Source: Bacteroidetes bacterium UBA2364 (GTDB lineage: Bacteria > Bacteroidota > Rhodothermia > Rhodothermales > UBA2364). From it: a stretch of DNA of 64,000 nt. Position numbers and translations under genes: made by a program. The notes below the pieces were generated by a model. That model searched no databases. It worked only from the letters and a program-made list of their open reading frames with translations, and had not been told where the DNA came from. This document shows, piece by piece, positions 29,489-38,737 of this stretch (its first letter is position 1; every line of letters starts with the position of its first letter). The stretch spans positions 208 through 64,207 of the forward strand of contig DDTM01000106.1 of the NCBI GenBank assembly GCA_002344075.1. The letters run 5' to 3'.

Positions 29489-30166
29489 ATGCAGGATTTG
29501 TCATCCCCTTTGCCTGAAACCGCGCCCCAAACTGCCTTGCAGGTATTGCCAATGGCTTTTTTCAATCGCCACCCGCTGGAGGTAGCACGAAGCCTGATTG
29601 GCAAGAGAGTGGTTTTAGAGTCCAACGCAGGAACAGTCCTTTCCGGAAAAATTGTAGAAACCGAGGCATATCGTTGGGACGAGGCGGGTTGCCATGCTTG
29701 GAAAAACGTACTCTCTGATGGACAAGTACGCGACAAAACGCTCATTTCTGCGGGACTTTTTGACGATCCCGGAACCAGTTACGTATATATCAGCTATGGT
29801 TTGCACCGAATGCTGAATGTGGTTTGTGAGCCAAAAGGCGTAGGTGCAGGCGTATTAATTAGGGCGGTAGAACCGATTACAGGCCTGCAAGCAATGCAGG
29901 CCAACCGGCCCAGTACCAAGCGCCCAATCGATCTAACAAATGGGCCAGGAAAACTTTGTCAGGCGTTCGGGATTGATGTTTTACACCATCGTAAATCTTT
30001 ACAAAATGGTCCTTTATACCTAATGGATGGGATAGAAAATGCCCAACAAAAGATCGGCTGCTCCACCCGAATCGGTCTGGCTAAAGGTATGGGCGACAAG
30101 TTGCCATGGCGGTTTTTTGAGGTTCAAAACCCGTTTGTTAGTAAGGGTAAAGTGGTCATTTTTTAA
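29489..30166 (+). CDS. mpg: 3-methyladenine DNA glycosylase (MPG/AAG family)
   Basis: Motifs IVETEAY, YVYISYGLH, VLIRAVEP, NGPGKLCQA and RIGL. Confidence 0.92.
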   Translation: MQDLSSPLPETAPQTALQVLPMAFFNRHPLEVARSLIGKRVVLESNAGTVLSGKIVETEAYRWDEAGCHAWKNVLSDGQVRDKTLISAGLFDDPGTSYVYISYGLHRMLNVVCEPKGVGAGVLIRAVEPITGLQAMQANRPSTKRPIDLTNGPGKLCQAFGIDVLHHRKSLQNGPLYLMDGIENAQQKIGCSTRIGLAKGMGDKLPWRFFEVQNPFVSKGKVVIF

Positions 30167-30412
30167 AGTAACACTACTCAGCCTAATAGGCATCACCTCC
30201 CCAAACAGATTCGATCTCATCGTCTCCTTTAACCAAAGTCCTTGATATGTGACAAATCGTTTTTTGAAAAGAACCAACCCACGTGCATAACATTTACATA
30301 AAAGGTACTGCTTTACCAATACAAAACCATTGTTTTTTCGTGGTGCATTAAATCTTTTACGCGCCAAAAGTGGTTATCTTATATTCTTCATCCCTAACCA
30401 AGCCATGCCATC

Positions 30413-33091
30413 ATGCCTGTTTCTCCGAAGACCTCCGAGCAGATCCGACAAGATTTTTTAGATTTTTTTGCCTCCAAAGACCATCTTATTGTCCCCAGTG
30501 CGCCCTTGGTTCCAAAGGATGACAATACGCTCATGTTCATTAATTCCGGTATGGCTCCCTTTAAAAAGAGTTTTCTGGGAACCGAGAACCCACCTTCACC
30601 ACGTGTGGCTGATACCCAGAAATGTCTCCGGGTATCGGGAAAACACAATGATTTGGAAGAAGTGGGGGTGGACACATATCACCATACCTTGTTCGAGATG
30701 TTGGGCAACTGGTCCTTTGGCGACTACTTCAAGGAAGAGGCCATCGCATGGTCTTGGGAGTTACTGACAGCAGTTTGGGGGTTAGACCCAAGCCGCCTCT
30801 ATGTGACGATCCATGAAGGAGAACCTAAATGGCATCTTGAAGAAGACTTAGAAGCACGCGAAATTTGGAAAAAACAAAAAGACCTGAACCCCTCTCATAT
30901 ATTGCTGGGCACGACGAAAGATAATTTTTGGATGATGGGGGATACAGGGCCTTGTGGGCCTTGCTCTGAAATCCACTACGATGGTCGGACCGATGCCGAA
31001 CGCGCCGAAGTACCGGGCGAAACCTTGGTGAATAACGATGATCCTCGTGTGGTAGAAATTTGGAATAATGTTTTTATCCAATACAATGCCCTTCCGAATG
31101 GCAGCCTCGAAAAGCTAAAAAACCGATTTGTGGATACGGGAATGGGCTTCGAACGTATTGTCCGAACGATACAGGGAAAAGACTCCAACTACGATACCGA
31201 CATTTTTGCGCCGTTATTTGAAAAACTGGCGACACTCGCCCCACGGAAAGAAATTGTGGGATACGATCAGATTCAAGGTGTCGGGGAGGCAGAACAAGAA
31301 CGAATCCGAATTGCGATGCGGGTGATTGTGGATCACATCCGCACTATTTCCTTTGCTATAGCCGATGGTGCCACGCCGGGAAATGATGGGCGTGGCTATG
31401 TTATCCGACGCATTCTCCGGCGGGCGGTTCGGTATGGCTATCAAACTTTGGGATTTCGGACGGCCTTCATGTGGCAATTGGTGGCAGCTTTGGAACAAAA
31501 AATGGGACCCGCTTTCCCCGAAATTGTTCAGCAACGGGATTTTATTGAGCGCATTATCCGGGCAGAAGAAGAATCGTTTCTGCGTACGCTTAAAACAGGC
31601 ATCGAGCTATTCCAACAAACGTCTGAACGCGACGGAACCATCACGGGCGAGGCGGCTTTTCTTCTGCATGATACCTATGGCTTTCCGATTGATCTTACCG
31701 AATTGATGGCTCGTGAAGCCGGCATTCGGGTGGATAAAGCTGGTTTTGATACCGAAATGCAGCAGCAAAAAAGCAGGGCACGTGCCGCCGCCAAATTTAA
31801 AGTAGATCAGTCTAAAGTGGATATTTGGCAAGTCATGGGCGAGGATACCCCGGAGAATTTTGTGGGATATGACCAACTCTCGGTGCCCGAAACCCATATC
31901 AAGGCCATTAAAACCACAAAAGATGCAACTGATAATCCATTGTATTATATTGCCTTAGCCCAAACTCCATTTTATGCAGAATCAGGTGGGCAGATAGGGG
32001 ATACTGGAACCTTGACCCTGAACGGAGAAACAATACAAGTGCTTGAGACGATCAAATTGGATGGCCGGATTGCCCACCGAGTGGATCGTTTGCCTGCACA
32101 TACCGACGCACCTGTTTCGGCCAAGGTGAATACCGAGCGGCGAAAGCGGATCACTGGGCACCATTCGGCTACGCATTTATTGCACTTAGCCTTGCGCGAT
32201 CAGTTGGGAACACACGTACAACAGAAAGGCTCTTTGGTGGCTCCCGACCGTTTACGGTTTGACTTTAGCCATTTCGAGAAGGTGACGGATGCCCAACTTC
32301 GGAGCCTTGAAGCCCAAGTGAATGGCCTGATTCGGGAAAATCTACCCTTACAAGAAGAACGTCATGTTCCGATTGTGGAGGCACAGACAAGAGGTGCAAT
32401 GGCCCTTTTTGGCGAAAAATACGGTGACGAAGTACGGGTCATCACATTTGGAAGGTCGGTGGAACTATGTGGTGGAACGCATGTAGCTGCCACCGGAGAA
32501 ATTGGCTTGTTCCGGTTTGTATCGGAAGGATCGGTGGCTTCGGGCATCCGCCGGATCGAAGCGCTGGTGGGCGAGGCGGCCCTTGCACATGTGCAGTCGG
32601 AATTGGCGGAGTTGGAAGCCATTCGTGGGCTACTTAAGTCTAAGGGTTCTGTTGCCGAAGACGTGGTAATCCTGCAAGAAAACCTCAAAACTGCCGAAAA
32701 AGCTGCGGACATGCTGAAGATGCAAGGCTTGACCACACAGCTGGCGGGTCTTCTGACCAAAGTGACAGAAGTGAAGGGCATCCGCTTGGTGACTGGTACA
32801 ATAGACGGAGCAGACGGGAAAGCACTTGGTGAACTGGCCCAAATATTGCGGGATAAAGTAGGCGAAAACGCGGTTTCTGTATTGGGCGCACACGATGGCG
32901 AAAAAGTCTTTTTGGCTGCAACCGTCTCCGACGACCTAAACAAAAAAGGTCTTCAGGCGGGAAAACTCATTGGCCAGGTCGCAAAAATCGTCGGTGGCGG
33001 CGGCGGCGGACGCCCTCAGTTGGCTACGGCTGGGGGGAAACAACCAGACAAGTTGGCAGAAGCCCTTGCAACAGTAGGCAATTTACTTTAA
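30413..33091 (+). CDS. alaS: Alanine--tRNA ligase
   Basis: Motifs FEMLGNWSFGDYFK, GPCGPCSEIH, DTGMGFER, HSATHLLH, ELCGGTH and GGGGGGRP. Confidence 0.98.
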   Translation: MPVSPKTSEQIRQDFLDFFASKDHLIVPSAPLVPKDDNTLMFINSGMAPFKKSFLGTENPPSPRVADTQKCLRVSGKHNDLEEVGVDTYHHTLFEMLGNWSFGDYFKEEAIAWSWELLTAVWGLDPSRLYVTIHEGEPKWHLEEDLEAREIWKKQKDLNPSHILLGTTKDNFWMMGDTGPCGPCSEIHYDGRTDAERAEVPGETLVNNDDPRVVEIWNNVFIQYNALPNGSLEKLKNRFVDTGMGFERIVRTIQGKDSNYDTDIFAPLFEKLATLAPRKEIVGYDQIQGVGEAEQERIRIAMRVIVDHIRTISFAIADGATPGNDGRGYVIRRILRRAVRYGYQTLGFRTAFMWQLVAALEQKMGPAFPEIVQQRDFIERIIRAEEESFLRTLKTGIELFQQTSERDGTITGEAAFLLHDTYGFPIDLTELMAREAGIRVDKAGFDTEMQQQKSRARAAAKFKVDQSKVDIWQVMGEDTPENFVGYDQLSVPETHIKAIKTTKDATDNPLYYIALAQTPFYAESGGQIGDTGTLTLNGETIQVLETIKLDGRIAHRVDRLPAHTDAPVSAKVNTERRKRITGHHSATHLLHLALRDQLGTHVQQKGSLVAPDRLRFDFSHFEKVTDAQLRSLEAQVNGLIRENLPLQEERHVPIVEAQTRGAMALFGEKYGDEVRVITFGRSVELCGGTHVAATGEIGLFRFVSEGSVASGIRRIEALVGEAALAHVQSELAELEAIRGLLKSKGSVAEDVVILQENLKTAEKAADMLKMQGLTTQLAGLLTKVTEVKGIRLVTGTIDGADGKALGELAQILRDKVGENAVSVLGAHDGEKVFLAATVSDDLNKKGLQAGKLIGQVAKIVGGGGGGRPQLATAGGKQPDKLAEALATVGNLL

Positions 33092-33194
33092 AGGTTGCGT
33101 TTATACGCCCATTTTTTCATTCCTACTTGCATAAATGACTATTTCGTGGCTTACAACAACGAAGTATGCTTATTTATTTTAATGGTTCCTTATT

Positions 33195-33971
33195 GTGAAT
33201 ACATCCATTTATCATACACTTCTCGAAATAGCTGCGGCAAAAGGTACTGGATTTATTGTCTTGATTGATCCAGATGCCTTGTCCCCGGAAAATATGTCCC
33301 AGTTCTTGGGCGTTTGCGAGGCTGCTGGCACCGATGCGTTTTTCCTTGGTGGAAGCCTGATGCACGTCCCATGGATGGATCGGTATGTACAAATGCTTAA
33401 GCAGCACACTACTTTGCCCATTATTGGTTTTCCGGGATCACTCACCCAAATTTCGGGGCATTTGGATGCCATGTTGTATCTATCGGTAATTAGTGGTCGC
33501 AACCCCGATTACCTCTTTGGACAGCACGTCTATGCCGCGCCCATCCTCCGAAAATTAGGCTTAGAGGCCATCTCTACGGGATATATGCTCATTGAAAGTG
33601 GCGCTTTGACCTCGGCACAATACATGAGCAACTCTATGCCGTTGCCCCGCAAGAAGAGTAATATTGCCGTTGCAACTGCCCTTGCCGCCGAGATGATGGG
33701 CATGAAACTCTTGATGACTGATGCCGGATCTGGCGCTGATTTTCCGGTGCCGATGGAAATGGTTGCGGGTATCACCGCTACGGTTTCTATTCCGCTTATT
33801 GTGGGCGGTGGCCTGCGTACCCCCGAAATGGCTGCCGCACGAGCACAAGCAGGGGCCTCTTTTATTGTCGTAGGCAACGCCTTCGAAGACCGTCCAGACA
33901 AATCGTTCATCGCCGAAATGGCAACAGCCACACACGAAAGTGGGCAAAAACGACGCTTCGCGACCCCATAA
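33195..33971 (+). CDS. Geranylgeranylglyceryl phosphate synthase family protein (GGGPS/PcrB, group II-like)
   Basis: Motifs VLIDPD, GGS, FPGS, ISGRNPDYL, TGYMLIESG, DAGSGA, PLIVGGG and VVGNAFE. Confidence 0.9.
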   Translation: MNTSIYHTLLEIAAAKGTGFIVLIDPDALSPENMSQFLGVCEAAGTDAFFLGGSLMHVPWMDRYVQMLKQHTTLPIIGFPGSLTQISGHLDAMLYLSVISGRNPDYLFGQHVYAAPILRKLGLEAISTGYMLIESGALTSAQYMSNSMPLPRKKSNIAVATALAAEMMGMKLLMTDAGSGADFPVPMEMVAGITATVSIPLIVGGGLRTPEMAAARAQAGASFIVVGNAFEDRPDKSFIAEMATATHESGQKRRFATP

Positions 33972-33972
33972 G

Positions 33973-35535
33973 ATGCCTTATCGCCATCTATGGACCACCA
34001 CAAATCTCCTGTTGTTTGGGATTTGGTTCTCAATTGGCTTAGTCATTGTCCTTCGTACTGTGTTGAGTACTGATGGCATGACCTCCGGGGATGGGACATA
34101 CTATTTAGAGGCAGCGCAAAACATACTCATTCATCATCAATTCCGCATAACCACACTCGGCCTCGGAGAACCATTGCCGTTGGATGGATACGACCCGTTT
34201 ACCCTATGGCCCATTGGTTATCCGGTTTTAATTGCAGGCATTTCGTTTCTGACCGGATTACCCGTTTTCTGGGCATCGAAACTCCTCGGATGGCTATTGG
34301 CGGGTCTCTCAATCGGGGGATTCCGGCGTTTGGCTGGCGAAGATGCGGCGATAATGAGTGCCATGATGCTCTTTTCCGCACCCTTGCTTTTATTTTCATC
34401 CACCTTTAGCGAGGCCGCATTTCTTACAACGTTGGTTTGGTTTGTGCATTGGTTACATCAATTCCGGCAAACAGGCGAAAATCGCGCATTACAAGGTATT
34501 TTAATTTGCGCCCTCTTTTTGTTTTTGCTAAGATATGTAGGCATTTTTTCGGGGGTGGTTTTACTATGGTTGGGCTGGAGAACCATAAGCGAAAACGGTC
34601 AAAAAACGGTACCCTTAGCGGTCGTGATTTTCTTGTGGACAAGCATCATATTTGTATATGCATTCTGGAACTACGCCCGATCCGGCGCATTTTCCGGCAT
34701 GAACCGATATGCAGGTATAACACCTGAAGTGGCACAGATAATAGGCTCATGGTTAAAAGGGTTTATGGTAGGATTTTTCCCTCTGGCTATTGATCGGGTT
34801 TCCGATTCTTTACTTTCCTTGTTGATATGTATTCAGGTGGTCATTTTTGTATGGGTATGGCTTGCTAAAAACAAACAGGTAGATCCAGCCCAGACCTCCT
34901 CCAACGACAGGCAAGAGCGGTTAAGCCTCGCACAAGTACTGTTTGTTACTGGCTTGTGCTATTTGGTGGTAATGACGGCTTCGCGATGGCAACACGTCTT
35001 GTGGCTACAAAAAAACAGTTTCTACATGGAATTGTTTGCTCCCGTCTTTTGGCTCTGGATTCCGGCAATCATCCTTTGGATTCGCCACCAATTGGGCTGG
35101 CAAACACAACTCAAAAAAGCCGTCTGGCTCACTGCGGGTACTTCGTTTATGGTATATGGTCCACTTTGGGCCGTCAAACAGGTCTATGAGCAACGGTTAC
35201 CATATCATCAGGCAGTCGCCAAAGCCATAGACGCCACAAAAGACATCCCGCCGGGCAGTATCGTTTTGTTTGGCGACTCCCATTTAAACTACCTGAGACC
35301 AGACCTAATTCGATTAGAACCTCCCTCAAAACCATTGGTCGCCAAGCCACCTACTTTCGAAGAAACCATTAATCGGTTGCATCAGGCATATCCCACAAGA
35401 CCCTTTTATGTATTTATGAATACAAGATTTAATGATATGAACCCTGATGGTTTGGTTACCGAAGAATGGTTTCACTCCTCTTTTATCCGTCGTAGCCAAT
35501 CTCTCCCACCGAATACCCGTATTCGTATTCATTAA
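33973..35535 (+). CDS. GT-C fold (PMT/ArnT-like) membrane glycosyltransferase
   Basis: First-loop SGDGTYYL, WPIGYP, SEAAF and LRYVG motifs; about 11 TMs. The ATG lies 1 nt after the GGGPS stop. Confidence 0.65.
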   Translation: MPYRHLWTTTNLLLFGIWFSIGLVIVLRTVLSTDGMTSGDGTYYLEAAQNILIHHQFRITTLGLGEPLPLDGYDPFTLWPIGYPVLIAGISFLTGLPVFWASKLLGWLLAGLSIGGFRRLAGEDAAIMSAMMLFSAPLLLFSSTFSEAAFLTTLVWFVHWLHQFRQTGENRALQGILICALFLFLLRYVGIFSGVVLLWLGWRTISENGQKTVPLAVVIFLWTSIIFVYAFWNYARSGAFSGMNRYAGITPEVAQIIGSWLKGFMVGFFPLAIDRVSDSLLSLLICIQVVIFVWVWLAKNKQVDPAQTSSNDRQERLSLAQVLFVTGLCYLVVMTASRWQHVLWLQKNSFYMELFAPVFWLWIPAIILWIRHQLGWQTQLKKAVWLTAGTSFMVYGPLWAVKQVYEQRLPYHQAVAKAIDATKDIPPGSIVLFGDSHLNYLRPDLIRLEPPSKPLVAKPPTFEETINRLHQAYPTRPFYVFMNTRFNDMNPDGLVTEEWFHSSFIRRSQSLPPNTRIRIH

Positions 35536-35543
35536 TACACACA

Positions 35544-35574
35544 TTGCCCCGCCGATACGAAAACGGTATCTTTC
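35544..35574 (+). promoter_or_regulatory. Bacteroidota-type promoter upstream of polA
   Basis: TTG at 35544-35546, 20-nt spacer, TATCTTTC at 35567-35574. Confidence 0.4.
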
Positions 35575-35610
35575 TTCCTGCCTCCTCACTCACCCTCTAT
35601 ACCAAACGAA

Positions 35611-38397
35611 ATGGAACGTCTTTTCTTACTTGATGGCATGGCTTTGGCCTATCGTGCCCATTTTGCCTTTGCTACACGCCCTTTAATTAATAAAAAAGGC
35701 ATGGATACCAGTGCATGTTATGGGTTTGTGGGAACCATGCTTAGTTTAATTGAGCGCGAAAAGCCCGAACACATTGCGGTAGTAATGGATGCTCCGGGGC
35801 CGAATTTTCGTGACGAGATCTACGAAAAATACAAAGGGCATCGCCCACCTATGCCCGATCCATTGCGTATTGCCCTGCCTTTTATCAAAGACTTGGTAAA
35901 GGCATTCGATATCCCGATGTTGGAAATTCCGGGCTACGAGGCCGATGATGTGATCGGGACATTGGCCAAACGTGCCGAGGCAGAGGGCCAACATGCTGTG
36001 ATTGTTTCGCCAGACAAGGATTTTCGGCAGCTTTTGGGGCCGGGTGTTTCCATTCTACGCCCCACCCGAAAGGACGAAGAATTTGACTGGGTGACGGAGG
36101 AAAAATTCCGTACAGATTATGGCTTGCCACCCGTAAAGTTCATAGACGTTTTGGCATTATTGGGCGACACTGCCGACAACGTACCGGGCGTACCGGGCAT
36201 TGGCGAAAAAACAGCACCCAGCCTGATCCAGCAGTATGGATCCGTAGAAAACCTACTGGAACATGCCGCAGAAATCACTGCAAAACGGGTACGGGAAGGC
36301 TTGCTCAACAACCATGACCAAGCCATTATGTCTAAACTACTGGTCACCATTCATACCGAAGTGGCTTTAGATTTAAACTGGCAAAGTCTTGTGCGCACCA
36401 AGCCGGATATGGAGGAAATCGGGCGTCTATTTGATGAATTGGAATTTGGAAAAACACTCAGAGGTCGCATTCATCGCTATGCCAAATCCTTTCAGGCTGT
36501 ACCTCAAGGCCCAGCAGGAAGCCAGGCGAACCTCTTTGGAGGCTTTGAACTACCTACTTCCGGACTAACCGACATTTTGGTGCATGGCGAAGAACACAGC
36601 TTCGATGCCGAAAAGGTGCAATACCAGCTACTTACCGATCCTGCCATGCAACAAGCACTTGGCGACCGACTGAATCGGGCGACAGAAATCTGTTTTGATA
36701 CCGAAACAACGGGAACAGATGCGATGATCGCGGAATTGGTGGGCTGCTCAACCTCCACACAAGAAGCAGAAGCCTATTATTTACCCACTTTGGACGCCAC
36801 CACCACCAAAACCGTATTGTCCATATTCAAACCTGCATTAGAAAACCCTGCCATAACCAAGTGTGGCCAGAATGTTAAATACGACTTATTGATGATGAAA
36901 CGCTATGGTATCCACTTTAAAGGCCCTATTTTTGATACCATGGTGGCACATTTCCTCTTGAGTCCGGATGGTCAACATGGCTTGGACGCCATTAGTATGG
37001 AAGTCTTGAACTACAAAAAAATCCCTACCTCGGCACTCCTTGGAGAAGGTAAGAAAAATCAAAAAACCATGCGCGAGGTTCCGGTACAAGTGGTCTCGGA
37101 CTATGCTTGCGAAGACGCAGACATCACGCTCAGACTCACCCAACACCTTCGGAAACGATTGGCCGAAGAGGGCCTTCTATCTCTGGCCGAGGAAGTCGAG
37201 ATGCCGCTGGTTCCTGTTTTGGCACAGGTGGAAGCCAATGGCATTTTGGTGGATGTGGCTGCACTCAAGGAATACTCGGTTCAATTGGCCAGCAAACTGA
37301 TCGAGATGGAGCAGCAAATTTATGAATCGGCGGGTGGGACGTTTAATATTGGCTCTCCCAAACAATTAGGAGAAGTGTTATTTGAACGGCTTAAGTTACC
37401 AAGCGGTAAAAAAACAGCCACCGGACAATATTCTACCGACGAACGGGTCTTACAGGAATTGGCTGTAGAGCATGATTTGCCCGCCCTCATTTTAGATTGG
37501 CGTAAGTTTTCCAAACTCAAAAGTACTTATGTGGACGCCCTACCCACATTCTCCAACCCGAACACAGGCAGGGTTCATACCAGTTTCCACCAAACCATTG
37601 CTGCCACAGGCCGCTTGGCATCCTCCAATCCAAACCTCCAAAACATCCCCATCCGGTCTGGTGAAGGGCGTGAAATCCGTCGTGCGTTTATTGCTGCACC
37701 CGGACACGTTTTGCTTTCGGCAGATTATTCCCAAATAGAATTACGGATCATTGCCCACATGTCTAACGACGAAGGATTGATCGAGACCTTTCAACGGAAC
37801 GAAGACGTTCATACGGATGCTGCTGCACGTATTTTTAAAGTTGCCCCCGAAGCAGTCACGCGCCTACAACGAAACAGGGCCAAAGAGGTGAATTATGGCA
37901 TACCTTATGGCATTTCTTCGTTTGGTCTTTCACAACGCATGAGGATTCCCAGAAGTGAAGCCCAGTTTCTAATTGACGGTTACCATGCCAGTTATCCCGG
38001 TGTCGCCCGTTTAATCCTAACCCTCATCGAGGAAGTACGCAAAAAAGGATATGCAGAAACCCTGTACGGTCGTCGCCGATACCTGAAAGACATCCACTCG
38101 GCAAACCGACAACTCCGGCAGGCTGCTGAACGGGTAGCGGTCAATATGCCCATCCAAGGATCTCAGGCCGATATGATTAAAATCGCCATGATCCGTCTCC
38201 ATAGGCGATTGGAGCAAGAAAATCTAAAAAGCCGTATGATCTTGCAGGTCCACGACGAATTGCTTTTCGAGGTCCCCGAAAATGAGGTACAACACATGAA
38301 AGCCATTGTCCATAAAGAGATGCAAGAAGCCCTTCCGCTATCGGTACCCATCGAAATCGGGATTGGCGTGGGCCCCAACTGGTTAGATGCACATTAA
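35611..38397 (+). CDS. polA: DNA polymerase I
   Basis: 5'-3' exonuclease (LLDGMALAYR, EADDVIGT), 3'-5' exonuclease (DTETT) and polymerase motifs (DYSQIELR, KEVNYG, QVHDE). Confidence 0.98.
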   Translation: MERLFLLDGMALAYRAHFAFATRPLINKKGMDTSACYGFVGTMLSLIEREKPEHIAVVMDAPGPNFRDEIYEKYKGHRPPMPDPLRIALPFIKDLVKAFDIPMLEIPGYEADDVIGTLAKRAEAEGQHAVIVSPDKDFRQLLGPGVSILRPTRKDEEFDWVTEEKFRTDYGLPPVKFIDVLALLGDTADNVPGVPGIGEKTAPSLIQQYGSVENLLEHAAEITAKRVREGLLNNHDQAIMSKLLVTIHTEVALDLNWQSLVRTKPDMEEIGRLFDELEFGKTLRGRIHRYAKSFQAVPQGPAGSQANLFGGFELPTSGLTDILVHGEEHSFDAEKVQYQLLTDPAMQQALGDRLNRATEICFDTETTGTDAMIAELVGCSTSTQEAEAYYLPTLDATTTKTVLSIFKPALENPAITKCGQNVKYDLLMMKRYGIHFKGPIFDTMVAHFLLSPDGQHGLDAISMEVLNYKKIPTSALLGEGKKNQKTMREVPVQVVSDYACEDADITLRLTQHLRKRLAEEGLLSLAEEVEMPLVPVLAQVEANGILVDVAALKEYSVQLASKLIEMEQQIYESAGGTFNIGSPKQLGEVLFERLKLPSGKKTATGQYSTDERVLQELAVEHDLPALILDWRKFSKLKSTYVDALPTFSNPNTGRVHTSFHQTIAATGRLASSNPNLQNIPIRSGEGREIRRAFIAAPGHVLLSADYSQIELRIIAHMSNDEGLIETFQRNEDVHTDAAARIFKVAPEAVTRLQRNRAKEVNYGIPYGISSFGLSQRMRIPRSEAQFLIDGYHASYPGVARLILTLIEEVRKKGYAETLYGRRRYLKDIHSANRQLRQAAERVAVNMPIQGSQADMIKIAMIRLHRRLEQENLKSRMILQVHDELLFEVPENEVQHMKAIVHKEMQEALPLSVPIEIGIGVGPNWLDAH

Positions 38398-38669
38398 TTC
38401 AGCGGAATCACCTGAACTAATTTTTATCCTCGAAGTATTTGTAATTTAAGATTTTGAATAGGTATGATGTGGCAAACTTATCATTCTGCTTTTTGACACA
38501 TAACCGCCTCCTGCTTCTGTATTCACACGCACTTCAAGCAAAAGGATCGGAGGTTCCATATTTTGTGAAGCCTTAACGCAAGAATTCCACCATTTCTTGA
38601 ATCAGGTATTAAATCATGTCTCCTTGAAAACCTTTTCAGGCGAAACACTTTTTGTTACCTGTTTAATGA

Positions 38670-38687
38670 TGTAGATTACGATCTACA
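38670..38687. promoter_or_regulatory. Perfect palindrome upstream of nqrA (candidate operator)
   Basis: TGTAGAT-TACG-ATCTACA, 50 nt before the ATG. Confidence 0.35.
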
Positions 38688-38737
38688 ATATTTGTATTTA
38701 TAGCCCTTAACCCGTTCTGGACATAAACGCTTTTTAT

